64,000 bases of DNA, taken from contig CAVVQB010000009.1 in assembly GCA_963750245.1 (NCBI GenBank), positions 160 through 64,159 on the forward strand. The letters run 5' to 3'. The stretch's first letter is position 1; the number at the start of each line of letters is the position of its first letter. Source of the stretch: an uncultured Acidobacteriaceae bacterium (lineage in GTDB: Bacteria; Acidobacteriota; Terriglobia; Terriglobales; Acidobacteriaceae). This document shows positions 27,545 through 40,012 of this stretch, one piece after another. The translations under genes and the position numbers were made by a program. Under the pieces are notes generated by a model. The model ran no database searches. It saw only the letters and a list, made by a program, of their open reading frames with translations, and was not told the DNA's origin.

Positions 27545-27705
27545 AGAGAACTCCCTTCAGCCGCACTTTCCGTATGCGGATGACCCTTTGAGTGGACCCC
27601 AGTAGACGAAAATCTTCTGACCCGCCGCAGACCTCTTTACTCGCCTATACGCCCGCTCAGCCATTGATTGCAAGCAGCGGTGATTCATTCGCAATGACGC
27701 AACTC

Positions 27706-29238
<1,533 letters not shown>

Positions 29239-29353
29239 CTACATCTCGCAACAGGTGTAAGCATAGTTTCCCGGAGGGTGAGTCGCTTGCCTATTTCGAT
29301 GAAGTTCTTGCCAGATTCTCCGAGAGCCCATCGAAAGCGACCGACTCGGCTGC

Positions 29354-29536
29354 TCAACGCACGGACCTGCCCAATGCTGCAACGGTTTGAGCAGGACTAA
29401 GGCGTACCTTGAACTTGTCCTCGTCGCCGCAGCTGATAACCGTAATTTCGCCGGGATACTCCCTGACCCAGATCACGTGTTCGGGATTCACGAAAACTTC
29501 CAAGCCGTCCACATCCTCAAACATGACAAACTCCAC
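29354..29536 (-). CDS. Small hypothetical protein (~60 aa)
   Basis: A GTG 5 nt after AAAGGAGG gives 'MEFVMFEDVDGLEVFVNPEHVIWVREYPGEITVISCGDEDKFKV..'. The longer ORF (to 29662) would overlap the upstream gene. Confidence 0.35.
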   Translation of the reverse strand: MEFVMFEDVDGLEVFVNPEHVIWVREYPGEITVISCGDEDKFKVRLSPAQTVAALGRSVR

Positions 29537-29565
29537 GTTGCCTCCTTTGGGTGATTCATTCTGTT

Positions 29566-31317
29566 TTAGCGCCTGCTGACGCTTCCTTGGTCCGTGCGGA
29601 AAAAATAAATGTAGTCTTCCGTATTGCCAATCCTGCGCCAGCCAGCGTCCGGGTTCGAACATGCTGCAAAGTTGAAAGGTTCGTTGCGGCTGGTGCTCTT
29701 AAAATGGTGATCCGCATTGGCGATGATTGCTCTGGCGCCGGCTTGCGCAAACTTGTGCAGCACGTCGCTTCTGTCCGAGGGCGGGAGATTCCAGAACGTG
29801 CATACGCTATCGGTGTGGATTTCGGCGACGATCATGAGGGCATCGAGGTGGGCCCAGTGAGCGTCGTTGTCAAAGCCAATGGCTCCCACCTTATCTTCGC
29901 GATGCAAACCAAGATTGGTCAGGCCTTCGGCGACGGCGTAATGCTTGCTGGCGTCGTCAAAGGGGACTGACTTGGTCTGGCCATAGAAACCGTATGCCAT
30001 GGAGGCTAGCATTACGACTGCCACCGAGACCGCAATGAAGTTCGCGATCGTCGACGATGCGAAGCCAGTCCGAAACCGAAAGCCAGCGAGCACGGATGCC
30101 CAGACCATCAGGAGCCAGGCCGGCATATATCGAAACTCGGCGTAGGTGAGGGCGTAGGCGGCGAACACAGTCATGCTCGGGACGAGCAAATACCAATAGC
30201 GAAAAATGCCTCGAACCGTGGCAGTGGGATCACAGAAGAGAAGCAAGAGGATGATACCCAGGAGCCATACTCTGGGGTGAAAAAAATCCCCAAAAATATT
30301 CGCCGCGTTGTGCACAAAATGGCGCAAGACAAGATTGAAGTTAAACCGGGGAGAAATGCCATCGTTCCAATACGAGGGGTCGTACCACGGGGGATAGCTG
30401 GCGCGGATAGGGCCGTTAAATTCGAACACATCAGGATGCGCATAGAGCATGCGAGTGGGATGCAGGGGCGTGCCGCTTCCCGGTGGCTGGCCCTGCCAAT
30501 CGCAGATCGGCAAATTGTAATTGCTCCAGGAGAAAGTTAGCTTGCCGCTGTCGGAGAATGTGACCCTGCCTTTGGATCTGGAAAGCACGATGATTTGAGG
30601 AGCCGCGATGGCAAGAAAGATCGCGAGCGCGAGGCCAGCGCCGGCGAGATTCCGCCGGTTCGGTCGCGAGAAGAGCGTGACGCCGAGAAAAACGAAAGCC
30701 ATGGGGAACATCACTGCCTTGGTCAAATAGCCGAGGCCGAGCGCGATTCCGAGCCAGATGTATAACCTCTTTGGAGTTGAGCCGGAGGTCTTGATTCTGA
30801 TCAAGAGACCGGCAACGAAAAGAGCGACTGTTGCCACGCCCAGGTCCGCGCCCAGTATTCCAATGATCGATCCCACCGTCAGCCAGATGAACAAGGCATA
30901 GCCCAGAATCCATAAGGCAAGGGTGGGCAGCGGTGCTGATTCTGGTTGCGATTGCGGTTTGTTCGTGGCTTCGGCCGACAGCAGGCCACTCCAGAAAAAC
31001 TCAAAGCCGGCGATGGTGACGATGAAGACGAAGAAGTTCAATAGATGCAGAAGTGGAAACTCGGACCGCATGGAGGGATTCCCCAGCCGAAGCGTGAAGG
31101 CAACCAGCCACGGGTACAAAGGGCTCCAGTAGGCGTTGACGGCCATGGCCCAATCGTGGCGCAAATAGGCTTCGGCTATTTCAGTGTAGGATCGCGGGTC
31201 TGGGCCAAAGCCGTTGCGAGCCAGGACAAGTTGCGTGGCGCCCATGAGAAGAGCAATGGAACGGAAAACGACTCGGCACCGCCGAAGGGCCGTTGCACCG
31301 CTGGCTTCTGGCTTCAT
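29566..31317 (-). CDS. GT-C type (GT39/ArnT-like) integral membrane glycosyltransferase
   Basis: About 12 TM helices in the N-terminal 470 aa, with a soluble C-terminal domain. The family call rests on architecture and general resemblance only. Confidence 0.5.
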   Translation of the reverse strand: MKPEASGATALRRCRVVFRSIALLMGATQLVLARNGFGPDPRSYTEIAEAYLRHDWAMAVNAYWSPLYPWLVAFTLRLGNPSMRSEFPLLHLLNFFVFIVTIAGFEFFWSGLLSAEATNKPQSQPESAPLPTLALWILGYALFIWLTVGSIIGILGADLGVATVALFVAGLLIRIKTSGSTPKRLYIWLGIALGLGYLTKAVMFPMAFVFLGVTLFSRPNRRNLAGAGLALAIFLAIAAPQIIVLSRSKGRVTFSDSGKLTFSWSNYNLPICDWQGQPPGSGTPLHPTRMLYAHPDVFEFNGPIRASYPPWYDPSYWNDGISPRFNFNLVLRHFVHNAANIFGDFFHPRVWLLGIILLLLFCDPTATVRGIFRYWYLLVPSMTVFAAYALTYAEFRYMPAWLLMVWASVLAGFRFRTGFASSTIANFIAVSVAVVMLASMAYGFYGQTKSVPFDDASKHYAVAEGLTNLGLHREDKVGAIGFDNDAHWAHLDALMIVAEIHTDSVCTFWNLPPSDRSDVLHKFAQAGARAIIANADHHFKSTSRNEPFNFAACSNPDAGWRRIGNTEDYIYFFRTDQGSVSRR

Positions 31318-31402
31318 TCGAAGATATTCATTTTAGACTGAGCACACGGCGAAGGGCGGCTCGACGTCGGGAGAGCGGTTATACTTCATCGCAGGAGGAA
31401 TC

Positions 31403-31906
31403 ATGTCGATTAGCGAATTGCTGCTGCCGGAATTGGATGAAGAGATGAAATAAACGCGCACGACTCTGGAGCGGGTGCCTGCCGACAAGAAGGAGTTTGC
31501 GCCGCATCCCAGGTCTATGCCGATGGGCAAGCTGGCGCCTCACCTCGCACAGCTGGCAAACTTCGGGGTTACGATCCTGACCACGCCGGAGCTGGATTTT
31601 TCCAAGGGCAGCATCAAGCCGTTGCCGTTTGAGTCGTCTGACCAACTGGTGAAGGCTTTCGACGAGGGCGTGGCAAAGGTTCGCGCTGCGTTGCAGGCTA
31701 CGCCTGATACGGCCTGGAAACAAAACTGGAAGTTGAGCTTTCAAGGTAAACCCATCTTTGACGGAGAACGATTCCTGGCTTACCGGCAGATGTTTCTGAA
31801 TCACATGGTGCATCACCGCGCGCAGCTTGGGGTTTATCTGCGACTGAACGAGAAGCCGGTACCCGCGGTCTATGGACCGTCCGCGGATGACACCATGGGA
31901 TTTTGA
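31403..31906 (+). pseudogene. DinB-family protein interrupted by an in-frame TAA at codon 17
   Basis: AGGAGG lies 4 nt before the ATG at 31403. Translation reads 'MSISELLLPELDEEMK*TRTTLERVPADKKEFAPHP...NHMVHHRAQLGVYLRLNEKPVPAVYGPSADD'. TAA is at 31451-31453, in the same frame as ORF 31475..31906. Confidence 0.75.
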
Positions 31907-31929
31907 GAGTGGACGGGTGGAAGCACCGC

Positions 31930-32442
31930 TCACTTCTGCGGTGAATCGGTCTTTTGTTCGGATCGCTTGAGGGCCGCGTCCACTTCTGCCTGTATGCGGG
32001 GATAGACTGCCTTCATGGTTTCCGCGGTCACTGCGGGCATCTCGTGAAGAAACTTCTGACCGGTGGGAGACGAGTAAAACGCAGTCAGCGCATCGATGTC
32101 TGACTTGGTGAAGTGCCGCTGGTAGACCGGGATCATGTCGTTCAGCATTTCGTCGAGAGGAAAGTTCTTGATGAGATCCTGGGATTGCTGGTCCACGCTC
32201 GCGAGTTCGGCATCGGTAATGTCGGGACGCCGCTGCTTCATCTGCTCGCGGTTCATCGCGCGAATCTGGGCGAACAACTGCTGCATCATCTGAGTCATCT
32301 GCTCGCGGCTGGCCATCACATCAAAGAGCTTCTTGACGTCTTCCCGGGAGGCTGCGTCGGGAGCGATCGAGACTGTGGTCTGCGCGGCGGCCGACATAGA
32401 CAAAGCTAGAGCACACACAGAGAGCAGTGACTTCAATCGCAT
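31930..32442 (-). CDS. Secreted DUF2059-family protein
   Basis: Signal peptide 'MRLKSLLSVCALALSMSAAAQ'. 'YQRHFTKSDIDALTAFYSSPTGQKFL' is typical of DUF2059. Confidence 0.65.
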   Translation of the reverse strand: MRLKSLLSVCALALSMSAAAQTTVSIAPDAASREDVKKLFDVMASREQMTQMMQQLFAQIRAMNREQMKQRRPDITDAELASVDQQSQDLIKNFPLDEMLNDMIPVYQRHFTKSDIDALTAFYSSPTGQKFLHEMPAVTAETMKAVYPRIQAEVDAALKRSEQKTDSPQK

Positions 32443-32469
32443 AGAACCTCCGCTGAGAGAAATGCTCGA

Positions 32470-34047
<1,578 letters not shown>

Positions 34048-34103
34048 CTAGAGTCAAAACAACAATGGGGAGATTTCAGGGTTGTAAATTTGTGGAGGAG
34101 TTT

Positions 34104-34736
34104 ATGAGGAAGTGCGCAGTTCTTTCCTGCATGTTGCTGGTGGCAGCTATGGCAGCGGCGCAAGCCGGTGACCCTGTACCAGCCGGAACCGCTCTGATGG
34201 TGAAGCTGGAGACCACGCTCGCCACCTTCAGCAATAAGGCCGGTGATCCGTTCCAGGGACGCTTGACGCAGCCGGTCGTGCTGAACGGGAAGACATTGAT
34301 TCCCGCCGGAACGATGGTGGAGGGCCGCGTGACAAAAGTGGCTGAACCGCGCCGCATCACGGGCAAACCGACCATCGGAATTTTGCCCGAAGCGCTGGTG
34401 CTGCCAACCGGAGAAAGACTGTTCCTGGATGCCTCGCTGGTCGATACCAATATTCCCGGCACGGACGTCAACCAGGAGGGACAGTTCAAGGGATCGGGTC
34501 ATGACCGGCGCGACGAAATCGAAACTGGCGGCGGCACGGCCGGGAGCATGCTGATCGGCGGGCTGATCGGCGGTCCTCCGGGAATCCTGATTGGCGGAGT
34601 AGTGGGTGCGGGCGCGACTGGGGCTCACTGGCTCAGCAAGCATCGCTCGGCCACGCTGCCTGCGGGCACGGAACTGACGCTGGAGCTGAATCGTCCGCTG
34701 GCGATGACTACTTCGGTAGCGAGTTCGGGACAGTAA
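34104..34736 (+). CDS. Secreted protein with a C-terminal glycine-zipper segment
   Basis: GGAGGAG precedes the ATG at 34104. Signal peptide 'MRKCAVLSCMLLVAAMAAAQA'. 'GSMLIGGLIGGPPGILIGGVVGAGATGA' is glycine-zipper-like. Confidence 0.6.
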   Translation: MRKCAVLSCMLLVAAMAAAQAGDPVPAGTALMVKLETTLATFSNKAGDPFQGRLTQPVVLNGKTLIPAGTMVEGRVTKVAEPRRITGKPTIGILPEALVLPTGERLFLDASLVDTNIPGTDVNQEGQFKGSGHDRRDEIETGGGTAGSMLIGGLIGGPPGILIGGVVGAGATGAHWLSKHRSATLPAGTELTLELNRPLAMTTSVASSGQ

Positions 34737-34761
34737 ACCCGATTCCACATTTTAAAACTCT

Positions 34762-34790
34762 AAGAACCGGACCTCGGGTCCGGTTCTTTT
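34762..34790 (+). terminator. Rho-independent terminator
   Basis: AAGAACCGGACC-TCG-GGTCCGGTTCTT: a perfect 12-bp stem followed by a T run, 26 nt after the stop of the 34104..34736 gene. Confidence 0.8.
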
Positions 34791-34840
34791 ATGCCTAGCG
34801 GGATCTTTACTTCCAGCCATAAATATGGCAGGATGAGGAA

Positions 34841-35068
34841 ATGCGAACGACGGTTGACATTCCGGATCCCATCTATCGCCAGCTCAAAGGTAAAGCTGCA
34901 AGGGAAGGACGTTCGATAAAACAACTGGTCCTTCGCGCTGTCGAGAGCGAGTTGCAGGCTGCTCCCAAAAAGGTCAGGCGCAGGAAGGCTCCGGTCATTC
35001 CGACGAAGCGTCCGGGAACCCTGGTTCTGGACAATGACAAAATCTTCGAAATCATTCCTTTTCCCTGA
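34841..35068 (+). CDS. vapB: Type II antitoxin, VapB-like
   Basis: 'MRTTVDIPDPIYRQLKGKAAREGRSIKQLVLRAVESEL' is an RHH/VapB-type N-terminus. 75 aa. Overlaps the PIN gene. Confidence 0.75.
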   Translation: MRTTVDIPDPIYRQLKGKAAREGRSIKQLVLRAVESELQAAPKKVRRRKAPVIPTKRPGTLVLDNDKIFEIIPFP

Positions 35069-35480
35069 CCTCAACGTCTGGGTCGCCTTGACTTACGCCA
35101 AGCACGCACACTACAACTGCGCCCATCGTTGGTTTACAGCTCTCCCGGAAGACGCGCGCTTGTGTTTCTGCCGGTTCACGCAAATCGGGTTCCTACGCCT
35201 GGTGACCACTCCAGCCATCATGGGTCTCGATGTCTTAAACCAGACTGGAGCATGGAAGATCTATGACGATTGGCTGCAAGACGGAGGGGCGTCATACCTG
35301 GAGGAGCCACCATCACTGGAGGGTACATTCCGATCCTTCTCTCGATCCAGTAATGTAGCGCCTAAGAACTGGGCGGACTCGTACCTCGCTGCATTTGCCG
35401 CTGAAGCCGGGTTGCGGCTCGTGACCTTCGACCAAGGATTCCACGGAAAGATTAAACAGCTTCTGATTCTTCAGCCCTAG
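35034..35480 (+). CDS. vapC: PIN-domain ribonuclease toxin, VapC-like
   Basis: 'FPDLNVWVAL' carries the first PIN Asp. 'WADSYLAAFAAEAGLRLVTFDQGF' is the C-terminal PIN acidic motif. 35-nt overlap with vapB. Confidence 0.75.
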   Translation: MTKSSKSFLFPDLNVWVALTYAKHAHYNCAHRWFTALPEDARLCFCRFTQIGFLRLVTTPAIMGLDVLNQTGAWKIYDDWLQDGGASYLEEPPSLEGTFRSFSRSSNVAPKNWADSYLAAFAAEAGLRLVTFDQGFHGKIKQLLILQP

Positions 35481-35496
35481 CCAGTTCTAGGGCAGC

Positions 35497-37755
35497 CTAC
35501 ATTCCTGCAGCTAGTTCCCATTCGCTCAGCAACTGCAGTTCGATCCAGCCTTCGACTGGCAAGGCGTCCACGGGCAGACGATTGTGCCAGAGGCTGAAGC
35601 GCAGTTTCAGGCTGCTGGTGGGTGCAACTTCCGTTGCGCTTGAAGGGGCTGCTCCGTGGTTGCCCGAGACCGGTTTCGCGAGCAGCCAGCTGAGCGGCAA
35701 CCGAAACTCGAAGTTGCGAAGCAATGCGACTTTGGGGCTCTCCTCGGCCTTTGCTGAAGCGGTGGAGGATCCCTCGCACCCGTCGACCTTCCAATCCGTA
35801 AGCTTGCCGTTCTCGACCTTGGCGTCGAGGCGCAACGTCCGCCGCGGACGCAGCTCGCCATGCGCCCACGATTCCAGATTCACGACCAACTCGAAATCCA
35901 TGTCCGGAACCGCACCAGCGAAATCCAACCGCCCGTAGACGAATGTGCTGTCGATTCCGGCATATACAGAGTCCAGCAAGAACTGTTTTCCGTGCATGGC
36001 GCCGGCACGCTGATCGGCGGTGAAGATGGCGGCGCCCATCCATTCGAAGTAGCGTATCTTGTCACCGCACACGCGGGGATGAATGTAGGCCGTCTGCTGA
36101 GTGAAGGCCGGACGCACTTCGCCGGCAGTAATGGGTTGTGCCAGGTAATCCGGGGGCGCGGCTCCGAGTGCCTGGTAGATGTTCGAAAGATGCTTGCGAT
36201 AGAGTTCGTCAAAGTCGCGGTCGTTGGCCGAGTGATGCTCGGGGCCGTACCACCAGTTCCAGTCGCTGCCCTCGGCAATCATGATTTCTTCGAAGGCCAG
36301 CTTGCGTTGCGGCTGGCTGGCGCGAGCGGCGTTCTGCGCATAAAATTCGCGCGCGTGGTGCAGATAGTCCCAGGCTCGATTGTCCTCCGGAGCGCCAATC
36401 CAGACGTTGAAGTTGGCATTGATCCATGAACCCGGAACCAGAGATTTCAGGGGCGAGATGTTGGGCTGACGGGCAATCGCCTCGGAAACTGTAACCGCCT
36501 CGAGGCCTGATTCGCGCTGAAGCGCGTCATAGAAACGGCGAAGAAATTCGCGGCCTGACTTCGGGTAATACTCCCAGGCGTTTTCTCCGTCGAGAATGAC
36601 GGAGACGACGGCGTCGCGTCCCTGGGCGAGCACCGGTTGAGCCGCGTCTTTGATATTGCGCAGAAGATGCCCGGCAGCATCGGCGGGATCCATTCCCGAG
36701 TAAACAAAGCCAATGAGGTCGGAGATGGTGTGGTCGCGGAAGACCAGGTGCATGCTGGTTTCGCCGTTCTCATAACGGTGAATGTTATAGAGACGCTCGG
36801 CTAGAGATGCCGGCAGGCGTCCATTGCCATCGCGCTGAAAAAAAACACCGGTGCTGCGGCCGAGGACGCCCTCGTCGGTGGCCATCCACTTGATGCCGAG
36901 ACTGTGGGCAATGGCCAGCACTTCTTCCGAGACACTGCCCTCCGACGGCCACACGCCCTGCGGGCGGATGCCAAACACCTGCTGGTGGAGATCGAGCGCG
37001 CGCACCAGTTGCTCGCGCGCATCTTCGGGATGGCGAAAGCGATTTTGCGGGAGCGGCAGACCGGGCGAGGAAGCGGCTCCGGCATTGGTGTCGCATACCA
37101 GAGGAAGGATGGGATGATAGAAGGGCGTTGCCGAAATCTCGATCGATTTTTTCTTTGCTGCCGCAGCGTACGCGGGCAAAACCTTGCCCATCAATTCGCG
37201 TTCGCGGGCAATCACAAAATTCTGGTCTTCGAGGGAATAGTCGCGCTCTTTCCTGATCAGCGCGGCAATATCTTTTTCTTCGAGAAAAAACTCGTCGAAC
37301 CAGGCGATTTGCGAAAGAACTTGCAAATCGGTGAAATCGCGGGGAAGGAAATATTTTTCCGCCTTCTCGGGAGAGAACCCATGCTCGCGGAAGCGTTCGT
37401 ATAGCTCCCGATAGCGGGGATAGCGGCCGATCAAGTTCGCCGGGTTGGCCTGAAAGAGATACTGCAGAGCGAAGAGGCGCTCCTTAAGCGTCAAATCCCG
37501 GGCGGGCTTGGCCGCCACATTGAGAAACGGATCCTGGGCGGTGCCGGCGACGTAGTCCTGAATTTGCGTCATCAGCGACGGCACCAGATTGAAGTTCTGG
37601 TGAACATCGGGAAACTCGTCCAGCAGTTTCACCATCCCGTAATAGTCCTTGAGAGCGTGAAGGCGGACCCAGGGCAAACGGTATTCGCCCGTCACCAAAT
37701 CCTTGTAGAAGGGCTGGTGCTGATGCCAGAGAAGAATCAGACGCAGGGCGGGCAT
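35497..37755 (-). CDS. Glycoside hydrolase family 57 protein with C-terminal DUF1925/DUF1926-like extension
   Basis: 'LILLWHQHQPFYKD...RLPWVRLHALKDYYGM...NFNLVPSLMTQIQDY' is the GH57 N-terminal core. 752 aa. Confidence 0.82.
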   Translation of the reverse strand: MPALRLILLWHQHQPFYKDLVTGEYRLPWVRLHALKDYYGMVKLLDEFPDVHQNFNLVPSLMTQIQDYVAGTAQDPFLNVAAKPARDLTLKERLFALQYLFQANPANLIGRYPRYRELYERFREHGFSPEKAEKYFLPRDFTDLQVLSQIAWFDEFFLEEKDIAALIRKERDYSLEDQNFVIARERELMGKVLPAYAAAAKKKSIEISATPFYHPILPLVCDTNAGAASSPGLPLPQNRFRHPEDAREQLVRALDLHQQVFGIRPQGVWPSEGSVSEEVLAIAHSLGIKWMATDEGVLGRSTGVFFQRDGNGRLPASLAERLYNIHRYENGETSMHLVFRDHTISDLIGFVYSGMDPADAAGHLLRNIKDAAQPVLAQGRDAVVSVILDGENAWEYYPKSGREFLRRFYDALQRESGLEAVTVSEAIARQPNISPLKSLVPGSWINANFNVWIGAPEDNRAWDYLHHAREFYAQNAARASQPQRKLAFEEIMIAEGSDWNWWYGPEHHSANDRDFDELYRKHLSNIYQALGAAPPDYLAQPITAGEVRPAFTQQTAYIHPRVCGDKIRYFEWMGAAIFTADQRAGAMHGKQFLLDSVYAGIDSTFVYGRLDFAGAVPDMDFELVVNLESWAHGELRPRRTLRLDAKVENGKLTDWKVDGCEGSSTASAKAEESPKVALLRNFEFRLPLSWLLAKPVSGNHGAAPSSATEVAPTSSLKLRFSLWHNRLPVDALPVEGWIELQLLSEWELAAGM

Positions 37756-37919
37756 GACTGGAAGAGTCAGTCTAGCATGGGGATTCGGCGCGAAAGGGCA
37801 CCAAAGAACATGGCAAAAAGGGCGAGAGAAAATCGCACATCATCCTTCTGCGAGTTGGGCGCATCCCAAATCCGTGCGTGTTGTCGAATGCATCTTCCGG
37901 TACACTAAGAGCTCGTAAA

Positions 37920-39839
37920 ATGCCCGAAGCATTTATAGCCGCGGATCGCCCCACCCTGCTCTCGGAGCAGGATCTTTACCTGTTCAACGAGGGCAGCAAC
38001 TATCGTCTGTACGAAACGGTGGGCGCACACCTGGTGACGCGGGATGGAAAAGCCGGCGCGATGTTCAGCGTGTGGGCTCCGAATGCAAACCTCGTGTCGG
38101 TGATCGGGAATTTTAACTCCTGGGGCGCGCGAAGCAACGTGCTGCAAACCCGCGGAGAATCGGGAATCTGGGAAGGTTTCATCCCGGGTGTGGCCAAGGG
38201 AACGCTCTACAAGTTTCATATCGAATCGAGGCGCCACGGCTACCAAATCGATAAAGCGGACCCACTGGGCTTCTGGCACGAGAAGCCGCCGCGCACAGCT
38301 TCGGTAGTGTGGGATCTGGATTACGAATGGGGCGACCGTGAGTGGATGGAAAAACGTGCCGCGCGCAACTCGTTGCGGGCTCCGCAATCCATTTATGAAG
38401 TTCATCTTGGTTCCTGGATGCGGGTTCCGGAGGAGCATAATCGTCCGCTGACGTATCGCGAAACCGCGCCGCGGCTCGCCGAATATGTGGGGCGCATGGG
38501 CTTTACCCACGTGGAGTTCATGCCGGTGATGGAACATCCATTCTACGGTTCGTGGGGATATCAGACGACCGGTTACTTTGCGCCGACTTCGCGCTACGGG
38601 ACGCCGCAGGATTTCATGTACCTGGTGGATTACCTGCACCAGCATGGCATTGCGGTGATTCTCGACTGGGTGCCTTCCCACTTCCCTTCCGACGCTCACG
38701 GGCTCGCCTATTTCGACGGCACGCATCTCTACGAACACGCGGACTCTCGGCAGGGCTTCCATCCTGATTGGAAGACCCACATCTTCAATTACGGACGCAC
38801 GGAGGTGCGCAGCTTTCTGATGTCGAGCGCGATGTTCTGGTTCGATAAATATCATATCGACGGCTTGCGTGTGGATGCGGTCGCGTCCATGCTCTATCTG
38901 GATTATTCGCGCCACGCTGGGGAGTGGATTGCGAACAAGTTCGGCGGACGGGAAAACCTCGAAGCTATCGACTTTCTGCGGCGCTTTAATCAGGAATCCT
39001 ACAAAGAACATCCCGATATTCAGACCACCGCGGAAGAGTCAACTTCCTGGCCCATGGTTTCGCGGCCGGTTTATCTGGGCGGGCTTGGCTTTGGCATGAA
39101 GTGGGACATGGGATGGATGCACGACACGCTGGAGTATTTCAAGCAAGATCCGATCCATCGCAGATACCATCACAGCAAGCTGACCTTCCGCATGTTGTAT
39201 TCATTCCAGGAAAATTTTGTGCTGCCGCTCTCGCACGATGAAGTGGTGCATGGCAAGGGCTCGTTGATCGGCAAAATGCCCGGCGACGAGAAGCAGCGGT
39301 TTGCGAACCTGCGGCTTTTGTATGGCTATATGTTTGCGCAGCCGGGAAAGAAATTGCTGTTTATGGGCGACGAGTTCGGCCAGGTGCGCGAGTGGGCGCA
39401 CGACAGCAGCCTGGAATGGCACGTGCTTCAGTATCCGGTGCATAGCGGGTTGCAGGAGTGGGTGGGGCAGCTGAACCGGCTTTACCGCGCCGAGCCCGGG
39501 CTGCACGTGCTCGATTCGAACGCCGCCGGCTTCGAGTGGGTGGATTGTAACGACAGTCTTACCAGCACGATTTCGCTGCTGCGCAAGACTGAGTCGGCAA
39601 ACGACACGGTTCTCATCGTCTGTAACTTTACGCCGATTCCACGAGTCGGCTATCGCATTGGCGTGCCGACGGGCGGCTACTGGCGCGAACTGCTGAACAG
39701 CGACGCTTTGGAATACGGCGGCACCGGGGTGGGCAACCTTGGCGGCGTGCATGCGGAAGCCGAGCCGGCGCACGGACGCCCTTATTCGCTGAAACTCACG
39801 CTACCGCCGCTGGCGGCGCTGTTTCTGAAGGTGGGATAG
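37920..39839 (+). CDS. glgB: 1,4-alpha-glucan branching enzyme (GH13_9)
   Basis: 'YEVHLGSW', '[22 protein letters not shown]', '[14 protein letters not shown]' and '[10 protein letters not shown]'. ATG at 37920. The ORF is open from the TTG at 37878. Confidence 0.92.
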   Translation: MPEAFIAADRPTLLSEQDLYLFNEGSNYRLYETVGAHLVTRDGKAGAMFSVWAPNANLVSVIGNFNSWGARSNVLQTRGESGIWEGFIPGVAKGTLYKFHIESRRHGYQIDKADPLGFWHEKPPRTASVVWDLDYEWGDREWMEKRAARNSLRAPQSIYEVHLGSWMRVPEEHNRPLTYRETAPRLAEYVGRMGFTHVEFMPVMEHPFYGSWGYQTTGYFAPTSRYGTPQDFMYLVDYLHQHGIAVILDWVPSHFPSDAHGLAYFDGTHLYEHADSRQGFHPDWKTHIFNYGRTEVRSFLMSSAMFWFDKYHIDGLRVDAVASMLYLDYSRHAGEWIANKFGGRENLEAIDFLRRFNQESYKEHPDIQTTAEESTSWPMVSRPVYLGGLGFGMKWDMGWMHDTLEYFKQDPIHRRYHHSKLTFRMLYSFQENFVLPLSHDEVVHGKGSLIGKMPGDEKQRFANLRLLYGYMFAQPGKKLLFMGDEFGQVREWAHDSSLEWHVLQYPVHSGLQEWVGQLNRLYRAEPGLHVLDSNAAGFEWVDCNDSLTSTISLLRKTESANDTVLIVCNFTPIPRVGYRIGVPTGGYWRELLNSDALEYGGTGVGNLGGVHAEAEPAHGRPYSLKLTLPPLAALFLKVG

Positions 39840-40012
39840 CGAATCCACGATCACAATGATGGCGGAGCTGGGGAAGGCCGGGAGTCCGGTTTGAAAAATC
39901 AAAATCTTTAACACAGAGGGCACTGGGGTTCACTGTGGAAAGCGAAGGGACACAGGCCCATCCGCGGTTGGCGCTTCTGACGCCATGTTAGACTCCGGTA
40001 AGAAGCGCCCTG

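Noticed and set aside
37905-39011. 368-aa minus-strand ORF
   Set aside because: It is antisense to glgB.
39925-39995. 'CACAGAGGGCACTGGGG...GGAAAGCGAAGGG' upstream of lptFG, considered as a c-di-GMP (GEMM-I-like) riboswitch
   Set aside because: The resemblance to the CACGCACAGGGCAAACC / GACGCAAAGCC cores is only superficial, and I could not build the paired P1/P2 stems by hand. It would need cmscan; without that it is unsupported.
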